Source: Camelus dromedarius
Taxonomy: Eukaryota
Direction of reading: 5' to 3'
Assembly: GCF_036321535.1 (NCBI RefSeq)
Contig: NC_087437.1
Span: forward strand, 56,732,001 to 56,796,000
DNA length: 64,000 nt
Positions 50,581-64,000 of this stretch are shown piece after piece. The number at the start of each line of letters is the position of its first letter. The first letter of the stretch is position 1. The notes beneath the pieces are model-generated. The model was not told the DNA's origin. It worked only from the letters and a program-made list of their open reading frames with translations, and searched no databases. The position numbers and the translations under genes were made by a program.

Positions 50581-50693
50581 AGAGAGGATTAAAACATGTT
50601 CAGTACCCTTACTGTCATCAAAAGCTCTAGCTAGAAGCAGTCGCTGCTACTTTTGATGACAGTAGGGGTACTGAACGTGCTTTAATTCTCTCT
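50581..50693. repeat. 44-bp inverted repeat with a 25-nt spacer
   Basis: Arms at 50581-50624 and 50650-50693, 40/44 complementary. Confidence 0.92.
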
Positions 50694-53600
50694 CTGTGAT
50701 TCATCATACCCAGCTGTGCTTTGCGCATAGAAATTATTCAGCATATATTTGGCTAAATGAATGAATAAATGATGTAGCCATGTATCAAAGCTTAGATGGT
50801 CCATCCACGCAGAATGCACTTCTTACTAAATCACAAGTTATTCTCACTAAGCTCACGTGGCTAAAAGAGCGCAATTAACAGTTTTTGAGGCAGCAGTGGT
50901 AGAACGTGTATCCTGATTTAGGAAAGAAAATCATGATCTTATTTTTCTGTGAGTCTTGAAAAAGTCACCTACCCTCCCCAGAACTCAAGTTTCCATGTCT
51001 ATGAAAAGAAAGTGATCAACAAAGCAATCATCATTTCGTCTTGTTGGGGCATCCTTGAATTCTACTCTGGGATTTCATTCAGTCTTGACCTAAAATGAAC
51101 CTGAACACCTGGATTCTCCCTGGAGCCAAATGGGTTTCAGGGCCAGGAGCCAGTAAGTAGGTTTAAAGGGGTCCCGATTGTTCTCTCCTGGATCCGTACA
51201 CTTGAACCCATGTAAGGGTGAATTGTACTCTACAGCTGTTGAGCTCAAATTAGCTTCTTTCAAAATTATCTCCTTACATTCTCTCTGCTGATGGAATTCT
51301 CTTTTTAAAGTAGTCTATTAAATCTAACATTTCAGTGGTTTTTTTGTTGTAGAACACTGTGTTCTAAAAAATGTGCAAAATAAATGTATGTAAATTAAAT
51401 CCATTTTCTAAAGGAACTACCTTGCAATTTCTGAGATTAAATTTTATTGCTGATTAATTGTCAACGGAACTATTTTTGAGGTTAAAGTTTCTTTGATAGC
51501 CAGCCTGTATGTGAAATAGTACATCTGCTAAGACAAAGAGGCGAACATATTAAATGTCTTCCCTTAGAGTGGTTCCTAAGGGGAAAACTCTAGTTATTGG
51601 GACATCACTTCTAATTAATCAACTCTATAAATTTGAATGTTAATACTTCTGATCTCTTTAAAGTAGAAGATATTGGACCATCTGTTACAACTCCAGCTTG
51701 ATCTTCTCTATGGTACCAAAATAAAAGCTTCTAGTTACAGAATTCAAGTAATGTCCACAGTATCCTAATAATTCATCAATTGTCGTTTGGCTAGAAGTTA
51801 ATTAGTTGAAGTTGAGAAGTTAATTGAGTTGAAAACTTTAATTAATTTTTTCACATCTATGGTTTTACATTAGATTACCAAAATCCTTTTCATAAAATCA
51901 TTGTATTTAACGGTGACTAGTCACACTAATCTGGGTAGAAAACAGACTATAAGGTTAGGACTGACTTCATGGAATAAGACCAAATTTAGCGTCCCGATTA
52001 GTTACGTTTTATATTTTAAATCCAATCAAACTGATGCTGTTACTGGGAAGACTATAATGTGAGTTCACTGGTGACTTGTCTCTGACAGGACTGTCTCAAA
52101 GAGGGCAGATATTTGATTCTCTATTAGAAATGCCTATTGGGAATATGTTGTGCATCAAAAAAAATCATTTTGTTTGCTTGTGTTGGTCTCCTGTAACTCT
52201 AACTTCTAGACTTGGTCAAGAGTGGCCCCAATTTTGGCCTCATCCTTTAGAGCAGTACCACCTCATGAGTGGATCCATCACAAGATAAGGAACTTGTATC
52301 AGAATGTAAACTAATATTGGTTTCCTAAGCAAGTCGTCCTAAAGGAAAAGGGAAAATGTCAGCAAAAGTAAACAACAAGCCTAGTGATGTGGTTTATTTA
52401 GATCCTGGTGAAGCATCTTATCTCATCATGGACCAGTAACAAGAAGTTGATGGTGTCAGTTGGAGTACTGCTCTATGGGTAGCACTGCTTTTGGGATCTT
52501 CCATTCTGGCCCTTCTCCAGCCTTGCTTCTCCCACAGGGTGGGAAATAGGAGGGCCCTAGGAGACATGCCTAACCAGAAACGTTTCCCAACTTCGAGACC
52601 ATGATTTGGACACACAAGACCTTGAAATTCTTTGTCTGAACTATCCAAGCTTACTTAGCATCCTCCACCTGTCCTTTCTCCCAAAGATGAATCACACCAC
52701 TGGGTGTCTTTTTATCTACCTAAAGAGAGGCTGGGCATGTGGGATGGAATGGCCACCTTGTGCACAGCCCCCCACAGTACAGGTCAATGGGATTGGGTGG
52801 GGGATAGAATAGGAATAGGGTGGGGATCAAGGGAGTGTTCTTCTCTTCAGGGACCAGGGCCAGCTCTTCATGCACTGCCGCCTTGCCAAGCAAATAGATA
52901 ATTCTAAGTTTCTACCTGGTCTCCTAGTTCAGTGTAGAACATTTCCCCATGTGATAGACCTCTATTTGTACTCTTGCTCCGGGCTCTGCAAATGTTAGGA
53001 AAAGCCTCCTTCCAGTCTATGGGTAACACTTCGAAAAAAATAATCAAGGGGAATTTTTTTTTTTTAACTTGCAGCTTCTTAAAATATTCAACCCCCACTC
53101 TTCTAATAGTGTTTGCTTACATTTTTTGAAGTTTTTAAAATGTAAAAAATACGTGTAGTACTAGGTTTTTTATATGCCTTCATTTTCTGTAAGGGGATCA
53201 CATTTTTCTCATGCTATTATATTTACCACAAATTTCTTCTCCTCTGCCACTCTCTAGTGAATCATATGCATCCTTTAAGTAGTTTTCAACCAGTACTGAC
53301 CTTCCTCTCACCTCTCACACCTTTTACTGTCCCAGCTTTGCAATAAGACTTCTCATCCCCAGAACTGGCCAAATCCTCCAGAATTCTGACTGCTTCCTTC
53401 AGTTTCCTTCTATGTTTTATAGGACACTGTTCAAAATTTTACTTCTTAATAACTTTCTTTACAATTTTACTGTTCTTTTTCTTTTCACGTCTGTCTCAAG
53501 TATGTATACATTCAGCTATTTATATGTATGTAATTTATCTTTATATTCATTTCTTCCCCCCTTGGTTGTGAGTTTCTTTCAGGCCAACGATTATATCTAA

Positions 53601-56032
53601 TTATTCTATTTTTTCACAGCACCTAATATAGTGACAGTCACACAGACACTGAATAAATAATTGATGTTATTTACATAATTCAAACAAAATAAAATTGTTA
53701 TATGCTATTAAAATTTGATATATACTATTAGAATTTGCTATGTACTATTAGAATTTGAATAGTTGGAAACTATTAGAATAGTTTACAGAGAGAAGGCGCT
53801 GCCTGGATATTTAAGATTTTAAACCATACTTCAATAATGAAAGTAGAATATAGAAAGGTCTCTAAGAAGTAACAACATTTCTTCTATACCGCCTATAAAG
53901 TTGAGGTCAAACTAAAAATTCAAAAACAAAAGTCAATAGAGAAACAATGCCTTAAAACTCTGCAGAGGCCTTAAAATGGGAAAATTATTTTTGATTGGCT
54001 TTGTCATTGTTTTTCAAGAATGATTGTCTTCATGTTGAAATGTATTATTTTAAGACCTGAGGGTTTCCTGCCAGTGCTAAGTTATCTTTTTTTAGACTTA
54101 CATTTGGCTTCCCATTGAAACCATTCATTTATTCAGTTTCCATAAAACCCCTAATGACTATTTAAATTTTTCCTGTTCTTGGCTCCTTTCAAAATCATAA
54201 ATACAGGTTTGAAAACTAAATTTGATTTCTGTGCAAATAATTCCCCTCCCGGTGCCCATCCCCACTAATTGCTAAGGAACTGCAACTGTGTCTATCAGTT
54301 TTATTTACGACAGGCTCATATCTCACTCCCTGGGGAATGGAAAGCCTACTATAGAGCAGATGACTGAATCTCATTGTAACTGTCTTCTCTCCAAGCTGAA
54401 TAATGCAAATTTGTAGAAGTAAGAGTGAAAGGAACTTTGCCTTCAAATCAAGAGATCAAATACAGTTTTCAAGTGACTCTATTACGCTTACTTGTTTTTC
54501 ATATCAAATTAGTTCAATATCCTGCAGCTAGTGTGAAAGCAATTCATGAACATATTTAACCAAGACTACAGTAATTCTGAAGTTCTTTTGGTTATCATAT
54601 AATGTATGATCAAATTTTGCCATAAATATAGGTGCATTTGTTAAGTATAAAACCAGTTTTAAAATTTGTATCTACAGTGTTCTTGAGATTTTTATTGTTT
54701 TCAAAATTTGACCTTAAAATATATATCGTATTAACTATTCTTTTAAGAAAATGAATATTTTCCTAGTGTGTGGGTTCAATTTAATATCTAATTACTTCAG
54801 TCTAGTACACTGGCAACAATTTTTTAGGCAAATATTTTTAAAATCTTTATATCTCAGAACCAAATATTCTCCCTGGGGCAGGGGGAACACGTTTTTTTTA
54901 CATACCTATGTTTTTGGTATACTTAGGGTAGTCAGTAAAAACCTATTAAAATGTGACATTTTATTTTATTCTTTTTGAGATTTTTTTCTTTTTTTTTTCC
55001 TTGCAAAAGCATTGGCAGTTATATGCACAGTAAAGTGTTGCCCTGGTCACTAAGAAGTGTTTAAAATAGTAACTATGAGTATTTGCAATAATAATAATAA
55101 CTAACACCTATTGTATGCTACCAAGCACCAGGCCTAGCACTAAATGCTGTACCAACAAGATCTTACAGAATCATCAAAACTACACTGTAAGAGAGTCATT
55201 GCCATTTTTCACATTATCTAGATCCTGAAATTAATGCTTCAGAGACCTATAAATAACCTCATAATGTCTCTCAGTAATAAGTGTATTTGTCTATTGATTG
55301 CCATCTACTTCACAAAGCTGGTAAACACTTCACTAAAATTAGGGTTAGCAAATTATAGAACGTAATTACATCTTAAAAATATATGCAATTATACACCAAA
55401 ATTAAACTCATAATTAAGCTATGCCAAACACTTGCATTTGGATAATTTCAAATACTTAAAAAAATTCTTTGTGTTAGTTCCTGAAAATTCAGATAAACTT
55501 CTCATTCAACCTGTATAAAGGATTGGGTGCTATGTCAGGTATCAAATCGTAGAAATCAAAACCAAAGACATTCCAAAATTCACATATTCTAACCCCAAAC
55601 TTGGAGAGGGGGGAAGCTTAAACTGTAATTTATCTACATGGCAGCTGTTCTACAAATATTTGTTGTTTGTTGTTTTCCAAAACACTCTCAGGGAAATTTT
55701 CATACCCATAACAAAAGTCTACCTTAGGACTTAATCGCTTTAGGACTTTCTGATTTCTGATATAAATCTCTCCTTCTACAGTTTTAGCATCTTCTCTCTG
55801 AGGCTGCAAAATTAAACCAATCAATGGATCAACCTGCCCAGTAACATCTCATAACAATGTTAACCCACTCAGTTTTAGATTTCTCCAGAATCAGTTACCT
55901 AGTTCACAGTTGGATTAAATGATAATACACAAATCTCACTGTCCACTTCACATCACTAAGGTGCCATAAAAATAAAATTATAACTCAGAGTTACTTTAAA
56001 GAGTTGAAAGATTAAAAATGTCATGTTTTATA

Positions 56033-56150
56033 CCAATGGCCAATAGGCACATGAAAAGATGCGCAACATCATTAATAATCAGAGAAATGCAAATCAAAAC
56101 TACTGTGAGGTATCACCTCAATACCAGTCAGAATGGTCATTATTAAAAAG
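56033..56150 (+). mobile_element. LINE-1 ORF2 fragment
   Basis: ATGGCCAATAGGCACATGAAAAGATGC...GAAATGCAAATCAAAACTAC...CCAGTCAGAATGG. Confidence 0.85.
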
Positions 56151-57757
56151 CAAATAGACATATATGTATGTAAGTAAACTAATTTCAATTTCTAACAATA
56201 CTAAATATTTATATAGATATATGCATTTTTATGTACATATACAGGATTAGAAAAAATATACGTGTAAGTGAAATTCGCTTATATATTCTATACTATATTC
56301 ACTTAAAAATATACTGTGTGGTAGATATTGATTTTATGCAAGAGGTATCTTAAGTAGAGAGTACTTAAATAACTTGGCCAAGAGTGGCAAATCTGGGATT
56401 TAAATCCAGGCAGACATACTCAAAATCTATAGGCTTAAACTTCTATGCTATATATATCCATAGACACTTTTTTAGTCAGATTAGTTAATAGTAAACTAAT
56501 AAATATTTATTAAGCATCTGTAGTTAATATACATTTAACTAAACATCTAATTTACATATTTTCCTGTGTTTTGAGATATATCTTACCAAGCTTAAATTAA
56601 AAGAAATTATCTCATTTCTTGCATGGCTTTCATAAATTTGGCAGCTAAAATTTCAAAAAGCAAAATAAATTTGATCAATCTCTTGGAATTTCCTACCAGA
56701 TGGATTTTTTTTTTTAAAAAAAGGAGAACATTCCTCTTTTATGTGAAAACTGTCACTCCCAAAAATACATGCCAGTAACAGATTCAGCTTTGAAAACTCC
56801 ATTTTTGGTTGTATCTTGCTACACTGTAAAAATGTGAATTGAAAACCGTGTGGGATGAATGCAGATACTACGTTGGTATCCTCTTTAAACACATGCGAAG
56901 TTGCTCTGGTGCTACTTGTTTTATTTAATGTCATGTTTGAATGGAACATACACATGGTTTTTTAAATACACATTTTAGTCAAATTGTAGGCTCTAACGTC
57001 AGCATAATATTTGTGTGGTTTTGCAACAGCAAAGTCAAAATAAGCTCCTTAGCCCTCTAACCTCTGGAAAGCAAACTGCACCGTGATGCACATCAGACAT
57101 TATATTTCTCTGTTGTCCATTAAAACCCTGGCATGTATTAGATGGTTCAGTGAAATTCAGACCGATGCAGTCAGAATGAAACTTGAACTTGTGTTTAATG
57201 TCACCTAGGTTTGAATCACTTCCCCTACTTTCCCTACAATTTCTCTGAGGCTTTTCATTTATATGTCTTTTAAAAATATATACATTGGCCATTGCATTTC
57301 ATGATTTAAAAATACTGCTGTAAATAGAGAGTTGCTAAATATACCACATATACACCACCAATTTTCAAAGCAGGGAGATGATATTCCAAGTAAGAGAAAA
57401 GCCCAAAGAAAAGAATAAGCATGTCACAGCATGTCTGGGAAACATGAGGCAATAACCTCAGCTGGTGCAGTGGGTGGCTGCTAAAAAACAGCAGGAAAAA
57501 AAGTCAGATTATACAGTCCTGGAAATTAAATTGAGGTGTTTAATTGATTAATTCGTTAATTAATTCTAATGACTCATTGAGTACTTAATTTAGAAGGCAC
57601 ATTGCTATGTACTGATGATTGAGATTTGAACATGATATGTTACCTCCTCTCAAGGAGCCCAGAATTCATAGGGAAAAGATGCACGAGAACATGGCAATAC
57701 AGTATTATAAGAGCTACAAAAAAAAAAAAAAAAAAAAGTTATGCTTAAAATGCAGTG

Positions 57758-58240
57758 AGTAGCACAGGGAACTATATCCAATATCTTGTTTTTTTAGTTT
57801 TTTTAATTTTTTATTGAAGTATAGTCAGTTTACAATGTTGTGTCAGTTTCTGGTGTACAGCACAATGCTTCAGTCACACATGAATATATATATATATTCG
57901 TTTTCATATTCTTTTTCACCATAAGCTACTACAAGATATCGAATATAGTTCCCTGTGCTACACAGTATAAACTTGTTTATCTATTTTTTATATACCAATC
58001 CATATCTGCAAATCTCGAACTCCCAGTTTATCCCTTCCCATCCCCTTTCCCCCAACCCCAGTAACCATAAGTTTGTTTTCTGTCTGTGACTCTGTTTCTG
58101 TTTTATAAATAAGTTCATAATAACCTTTAATGAAAAAGAATATGAAAACGAATATATGTGTTCCTGTGCATAACTGGGACATTATGCTGTACACCAGAAA
58201 TTGATACAACATTGTAGCTGACTGTATTTAAATTAAAAAC
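57758..58240. mobile_element. Plus-strand L1 3' end interrupted by an antisense copy of the same family (~57790-58118)
   Basis: AGCACAGGGAACTATATCCAATATCTTGT | insert | AATAACCTTTAATGAAAAAGAATATGAAAACGAAT. The insert carries the reverse complement of these same motifs. Confidence 0.85.
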
Positions 58241-58924
58241 AAAACGCGCTGAAGACTTAAGGTAAAGGCTTATTCAATGTTCCTGTGAAAAGGAGAGGAG
58301 AAAGTCTTCATTTGGTCTGAGTGTTGAAGACCAAGTGTTGGTTTACCATGCATTTCTTGTAGAGGGATCAGCAGCTACAAGAATCCAGAGGCAGGCATTT
58401 TAATTCTAATGGCACACTGCCCGGTAATACTTTCCATTGCTCCCTTCTCTCCAAGTATCACAATGCCTCATAAAATACACTAAAAATAAAATTGAAAATA
58501 GAAACAAATTCATGTTTGCCCTAAACAAAAAACTTGCAGGGATAATTGTGGACTTCAGCCAATGTTTCTTCTACACTCTGATGCCAGAAATAGACTGAGG
58601 CAATCAATTTCACCTACTACAGGTATGTATGTATGTCAGGGGCACAAGCCATGTTTACTGTATTAAATCAGAAACCAGATGGGCTGCTCCAACCTGCAAG
58701 AAAAGTCTAAAGCACTGTGACTACTTGTTGTGATTACTTCTTAAGTAGAATTATACATCTGAGTTGGTGAGAGAAAGAATACAAAGCCGTACTCACAGGA
58801 TTCAAGTTTCAGTGAATGAATAAATCTGTTCATAGTTTTGTCACAGGAGAGTAGCACCCAGTTGTGAATACTGGATTTGCTTCTGGACTGCAGGATGAGA
58901 ATACAAGAGTGCATCTGCAAAATA

Positions 58925-59060
58925 GCTATTCCAGATAAACAACAAGGACCCACTGTATAGAAGAGGGAACTATATTCAACTTCTTGTAATAATACATAAT
59001 GGAAAAGAATCTGAAAAAACAGATATATGTATATGTATAATTGAACCGCTTTGCTGTGTA
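58925..59060 (+). mobile_element. LINE-1 3'UTR fragment
   Basis: GATAAACAACAAGGACCCACTGTATAG...GGGAACTATATTCAA...TTTGCTGT. Confidence 0.75.
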
Positions 59061-59489
59061 ATTAATGAATCTCTGCTGAGTTTTATGAAAATGTCTTTTT
59101 CCCTTTCACATTTGAATCTTCTGGATAATGATCTGGCTTGAGTCGGGGATTGCTGAAAGAAATGTTTTAGATACAGCTAAGGGGTATACCAACTCTGTGG
59201 CAATAGAAGTAAAATAATAATCCAGTCACTTGTGGAAGAAACAATATAAACCTCCAGAGATATAGTAGAAAGAGATACATTAATGACCTTTTTTTCTTTA
59301 AGATTCAACACTGGTATCTTCCTCATGAAGGAAAATGCCCTGATGTAGCTTTTCCAAACTGTTACAAGCACCTTAACTTCAACTAGAAAAGGTGGTAAGA
59401 AGTGTGTCCTTGACTTCAGCTGAAGTGATTGAGGATACCTTTGGAGGTTCATTATTCTGCCTATCACAGTGAGTGAAGGAAGCCAGACG

Positions 59490-59715
59490 TGCACAGGACA
59501 CACTGTATGATTTCATTTACAGAAGGTTCAAGGACAAACAAAACTAATCTATAATGCTAGAAGCCAGAATAATAGTTACTCCACATATAAGCGATATCGT
59601 ATGATATTTGTCTTTCTCTGTCTGACTTATTTCATTTAGTATGATCATCTCTAGGCCCATCCATGTTGCTGCAAATAGCATCATTTCATTCTTTTTTGTA
59701 GCTGGGTAGTAGTCC
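59490..59715. mobile_element. Two abutting L1 fragments in opposite orientation
   Basis: Sense ACTGTATGATTTCATTTA...AAAACTAATCTA followed by antisense CCACATATAAGCGATATC...CATGTTGCTGCAAAT. Confidence 0.65.
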
Positions 59716-62700
59716 AGGTTTGAGGTTTTTCCTTCGCAGAAGCTCAGTTTTCCTAACTGAATAATTCATAATAATGAACAATTATTCATAATAATTATTA
59801 TTATTATAACAACATTTTTGAGCAGTGTGGCAGTCATGGTTATAGCATTTTTTATGAGTTTATAAGGCAAGTTCGTATCACTTCATTTGCCAAAACAATG
59901 TCCTCACAAAAGGGTGAGATTTGGTGATGTATAAAGGATTGCTTTGGTTTTTTAAAGCTTACCTTACAGGGAAAATTAAGCACATTTCCTTCTATAGCAA
60001 TAACCTCTAGGAAGCTATGTGAAAAAAGGCAAATCTTTGGCACAACTCTGAAGGATCACCGATGGTGGCAGAGCCAAAATCAGATACTACCGATAAAAGT
60101 AAATCTCAATGGTCAGGCATTTACTCCTAAACCACCTTGTCTTCAGGGATCACTGCTGCAGCTGCTGGAATATCACTTGCAGGACTTCTGTTCAACAATT
60201 TGAATAGCTTGTCCTCTCCTGGCCTGAGGTTAATGTACAAAAGGAGGGAATTAATAATATAGCAAACAGATTAAAGCAGTCGTTTGTCATTTTAATTCTG
60301 ATTTTTCAAAGAGCTGTACCTATTACACATTTTACAACAGTTCGAAAAGTGCTAAAGTGAAAAGTAACAGTGTCGCTGGTTGGACCTGTTACCTCATTTC
60401 TTTGAGGTCATTGTTTTATTTGAGATGTTCTTGCTTGCTCCCACTTTGTCTATTCATACGTATGAAAAATATATAAATATACAGAAAAGGAGGTTAACCA
60501 TGCAATTTTAAAACATGTTTTATTCATTTAAAATCTGTGTTGAACATTTTTCCAATTCAGCACATAAAAATTGATCACAGTGTTGAAGGCCAACCCAGTC
60601 CATGATGATAGGACATCTCATAGACAGATGAACAATGACATACTTAAATCAATGAGTTTCTATTGAAACGGACTTGTGCTACTTCCAGGTTTTTTTTCCT
60701 AATACAACATTGCTACAATGAACGTTTTTATAAATGATTTCGTGTGTGAATGTATTTACGTGATAAGTTCCTGGAAATGGAATTCCTGAGTTAAGAACAA
60801 ATTCATCAGTGAGTATTAACAAGCTATACCAATCAACGTAAGTTAAAATACGTTTTTGATTATAGTATTAACTTTTATTTTTAATTAAGCATTAATGTTG
60901 ATGAAGTAAATATTGATATTCTTCTACACTGAAGTTCAGTTCCTCCATGTCCATTAGTGTAACATCTCATATAATAAAAATCGGCAGCTCTAACAAAAGA
61001 AGGCAAGAGGAAGCCCACACATCCACATTTTTCACTAGTTTTAAATTGTTTGCTCTCAGAAACGTCATTGAAGACTTTCTTTTCCTACAGTGCTATTGGC
61101 GTCTTTCTTGAAATCTTAGTGACACAAATGAACATTTGGTGTATGTGTATGACCTAATCATTATTTTCAAGTGCTTGAACCAGAACACCATCAGTGCCAC
61201 TCCAATCATTCTTATCCACAGTCATTTTGCCTTCTTTATTTAAAGTGTACATTTTCCTGAACTAGACTATGATTTTCTTGATGGCAAGTATTGTGACATG
61301 TATCTCTTTGTGTTTCTGATTCAGGGCATAAGCATAATGGCATTCAAATTATATTAAATTAAAATTATAGTTGTTAACATAATGCTAACAAGAAAAATAA
61401 GGCAGTGAATTATTTCTAAGATATTTTAAAATTTCAAATTACCTTGAATTGCAGTTATACTCTTAGACCTAGTGGATATTTGCCCTCACAAAATTCACTG
61501 GCATCAAAATGACCCTGTATGAAGTGGATTTTGCTCCATAATAATATATTGATGCAGAATTAATTTGCTTAGTTAATATATATATGGAAAAACAATGTTC
61601 TGTGGCTTAACCTAAAAACTATCATTAAAGAAATGACAGAAACAGGACATGAACTAGCTTTCCCAAATCCAGGGGCAGTGGTTTATGTGGTATAAGGAAG
61701 GAAAAAAGAAAAAAAGACATTTCAAAAATGCAATCATTAGCTACATGACCTTAGGAAAGTCACTGCACATCCTGGACTTGTTTCCTCAAAAAGGAAACGA
61801 TAGATTGGAAAAGATGTATCCTAAATTCTCTGCAGCATCTTGAAAGGCAGCATGACAAAACAACGCATGAATGTGTTCTTTAGGGCACAGCTTCCCAGAA
61901 TCCACACATCAAACAGCACAACTCTGGGCAATTTACTTCACTTACCTGGGAATCAATTTCCTAGATGAAAATGGGGACAAAACTAGTACTTACCTCATAG
62001 AGTTGTATGAAAGTTAAGTGAATTTATTACACAGCACAAATAGAAGAGCCTCTGGTATGTAGTAAGTGCTCGACACATATTAGTCATGATTAACATTAAA
62101 CTGATAATTTTATAATACACACATAAAAATGATGCAATTGATTTTATTTACATTTTTATGTGTACAGTAGAAATAATATCCTACAAAAACACTACACTGA
62201 ACTTCCTTCAGATTAGAGCACAGCTCACAAAGTGTACAAGTGGTATACAGGCAAGATTCTCATTCGAAAGAATGATCTAAGTGAGAAAAAGCTATTTGTC
62301 CAATGTCTACCATGGGGTAAAAGTAATTCATCAAGTTTCTCCATAGTCTAAGTGAAACAGTCTATGAGCATATGCAGTTCTCCGTGGCCTGAATTTGTGC
62401 TCACAAAGCAAAATTCTGGCTATTGATTCTATTCCACATTCGTTGAAAGTGAGAAGGTTATTTCTTGGGTAATAGATGAGTGTTTGTCCAGGCACTGAAG
62501 GCATTTTTCCCTCATTGTTCATAATTAATTGGCATCTAATTTATCAGCCATTCCTGAGGAAGCTGGTTCAGTCTGATTCAGCCTTCCAGATTCCAGTTCC
62601 TTGTGTGTGAATTTTGAAACAGCAGAGCAGAGGACCGCATCTAGATTACGGTCACCTCATTAAATGCTCTCATTCTGTCTGGCCCATTCTGCAGGATCCA

Positions 62701-62869
62701 GTCACTTAAAAGCCTAGGCCCACCCCAACATCCTTTAGATAAAATATCACTAGTCCATTTACAGTAACCACTCTCCCTTTACATTATCTAACAGTTTACA
62801 TACTTGTTGTCATATTACTTCAGTGAAACATTTATAAAGAAATAAATCATAAAACAAAAGAAGAAAAAA

Positions 62870-63925
62870 CGCCAGGATCACACAGGCAACAAAAGAAAAA
62901 AATAGATCTATTCAGCTGCATCAAAATAAAAACCTTTACTGTATCAAAGGGCAGTAACAACAGAGTGAAGAGGCAACCCAAAAATGGGGGGAAATAGTTA
63001 CAAATCACATAACTGATATGGGTTCAATATCCAGAATATGTATTTTTAAAACTCCTACAACTTAGCAACAAAAATAAGACATCTCGATTTTAAAAATGAG
63101 TAAAGAACTCGAATAGACATTTGTCCAAAGATTACAAATGGCCGATAAGCATGCGAAAAAATGCCCAGCATCACTAGTCACTGGGGAAATACGAGTCAAA
63201 GCCACAGCGAGACACAGTTTCCCAGCCATTAGGATGGCTGTTACAAAAGTAAACAAACAAAAGCAGAACGTAAAGTGTTGGTCAAGATGTGGAGAAATTG
63301 GAATCCTCATCCATTGCCGGTGAGAAAGTAAATACACACAGCTACTGTAGGAAACAGTGTGGCAGTTCCTCAAAAAATTAAACACTGAATTTCCATCTCA
63401 GCCAGAAAGTCTACTTCTGGATATACACTCAAAAGAATTGAAAATAAGAATGCCACAGATATTCGTTCACTCATGCATAGTAGCACTGTTCACAATAGCT
63501 AAAATGTGGAAGCAATGCGATGGATAAATGCAATGTGTTATATATGCATACAATGGAATATTATTCAGCCTTATAAAAAGGGTGGAAATTCTGGCACATG
63601 CTATAACGTAGATGAACCTTGAAGATATTATGCCAAGTGAAATAACTAGTGGCAGAAAGACAAATACTGTCTGATTCCACTTATATGAGGTGCCCAGAGT
63701 AGTCAGCTTCCCAGAAACAGAAAGTAGAATGGTGGTTGCCAGGGGCTGGGGAAGGAGGCACTGGGGAGTTAGCGTTTAATGGGGACAGAGTTTCAGTTTG
63801 GGAAGACAACAAAGTTCTGGAGAGGGATGGTGGTGATGGTTGCCCAATATTATGAATGTATTTAATGCCACAAAATGTACATTTAAGAATGGTTAATTTT
63901 ATATTATACCTATTTACCACCATTA
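62870..63925 (+). mobile_element. LINE-1 (L1MB-like) ORF2 end and 3'UTR
   Basis: GTGAAGAGGCAACCCA, GGCAGTTCCTCAAAAAATTAAACA, ATGGAATATTATTCAGCC, TTTAATGGGGACAGAGTTTCAGTTTGGGAAGA. Confidence 0.9.
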
Positions 63926-64000
63926 AATATGCTTTAAAAGTTTTCTAAGTCAGGATCAGAGAACTAAGACCAATTTTTATGGTATAACCTTCCCAGACAA

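Noticed and set aside
1497..63923. Remaining 60-120 aa ORFs in the track
   Set aside because: Many start at non-ATG codons, lie in L1/LTR relics or AT-rich DNA, and show no motifs or splice-consistent exon pattern.

Overview
Mammalian, AT-rich, repeat-dense DNA with no recognisable intact host gene. The tRNA-derived SINE and L1 3' ends suggest a camelid or other cetartiodactyl; this comes from recall, not a search. The centrepiece is a 5.3-kb minus-strand gammaretrovirus-like (ERV1) provirus at 29686-35016. It has two 452-bp LTRs differing at only 6 positions, a 4-bp TSD (AAAT), a tRNA-Thr-type PBS and a PPT. It is non-autonomous: gag is frameshifted, RT/RNaseH/most of IN are deleted, and most of env SU is deleted. 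Its capsid gene carries a ~290-bp insert that I recognise as a rearranged, apparently spliced piece of host ATXN7 (ataxin-7) mRNA. The insert joins gag through microhomology and contains an expanded perfect 18-bp repeat. The provirus also keeps an intact 57-codon two-TM ORF between pol and env. It sits inside a ~9.7-kb segment that appears to have been inverted by recombination between two oppositely oriented MER41-like solo LTRs (swapped TSDs, split MLT1). Other features: a tailless U3 snoRNA retrocopy, an HSPA8 3'-end retrocopy, a 44-bp-stem hairpin at an L1 junction, an L1 nested antisense in another L1, and many ordinary L1/L2/MaLR/SINE relics. Repeat family names are from pattern recall and boundaries of old repeats are approximate.
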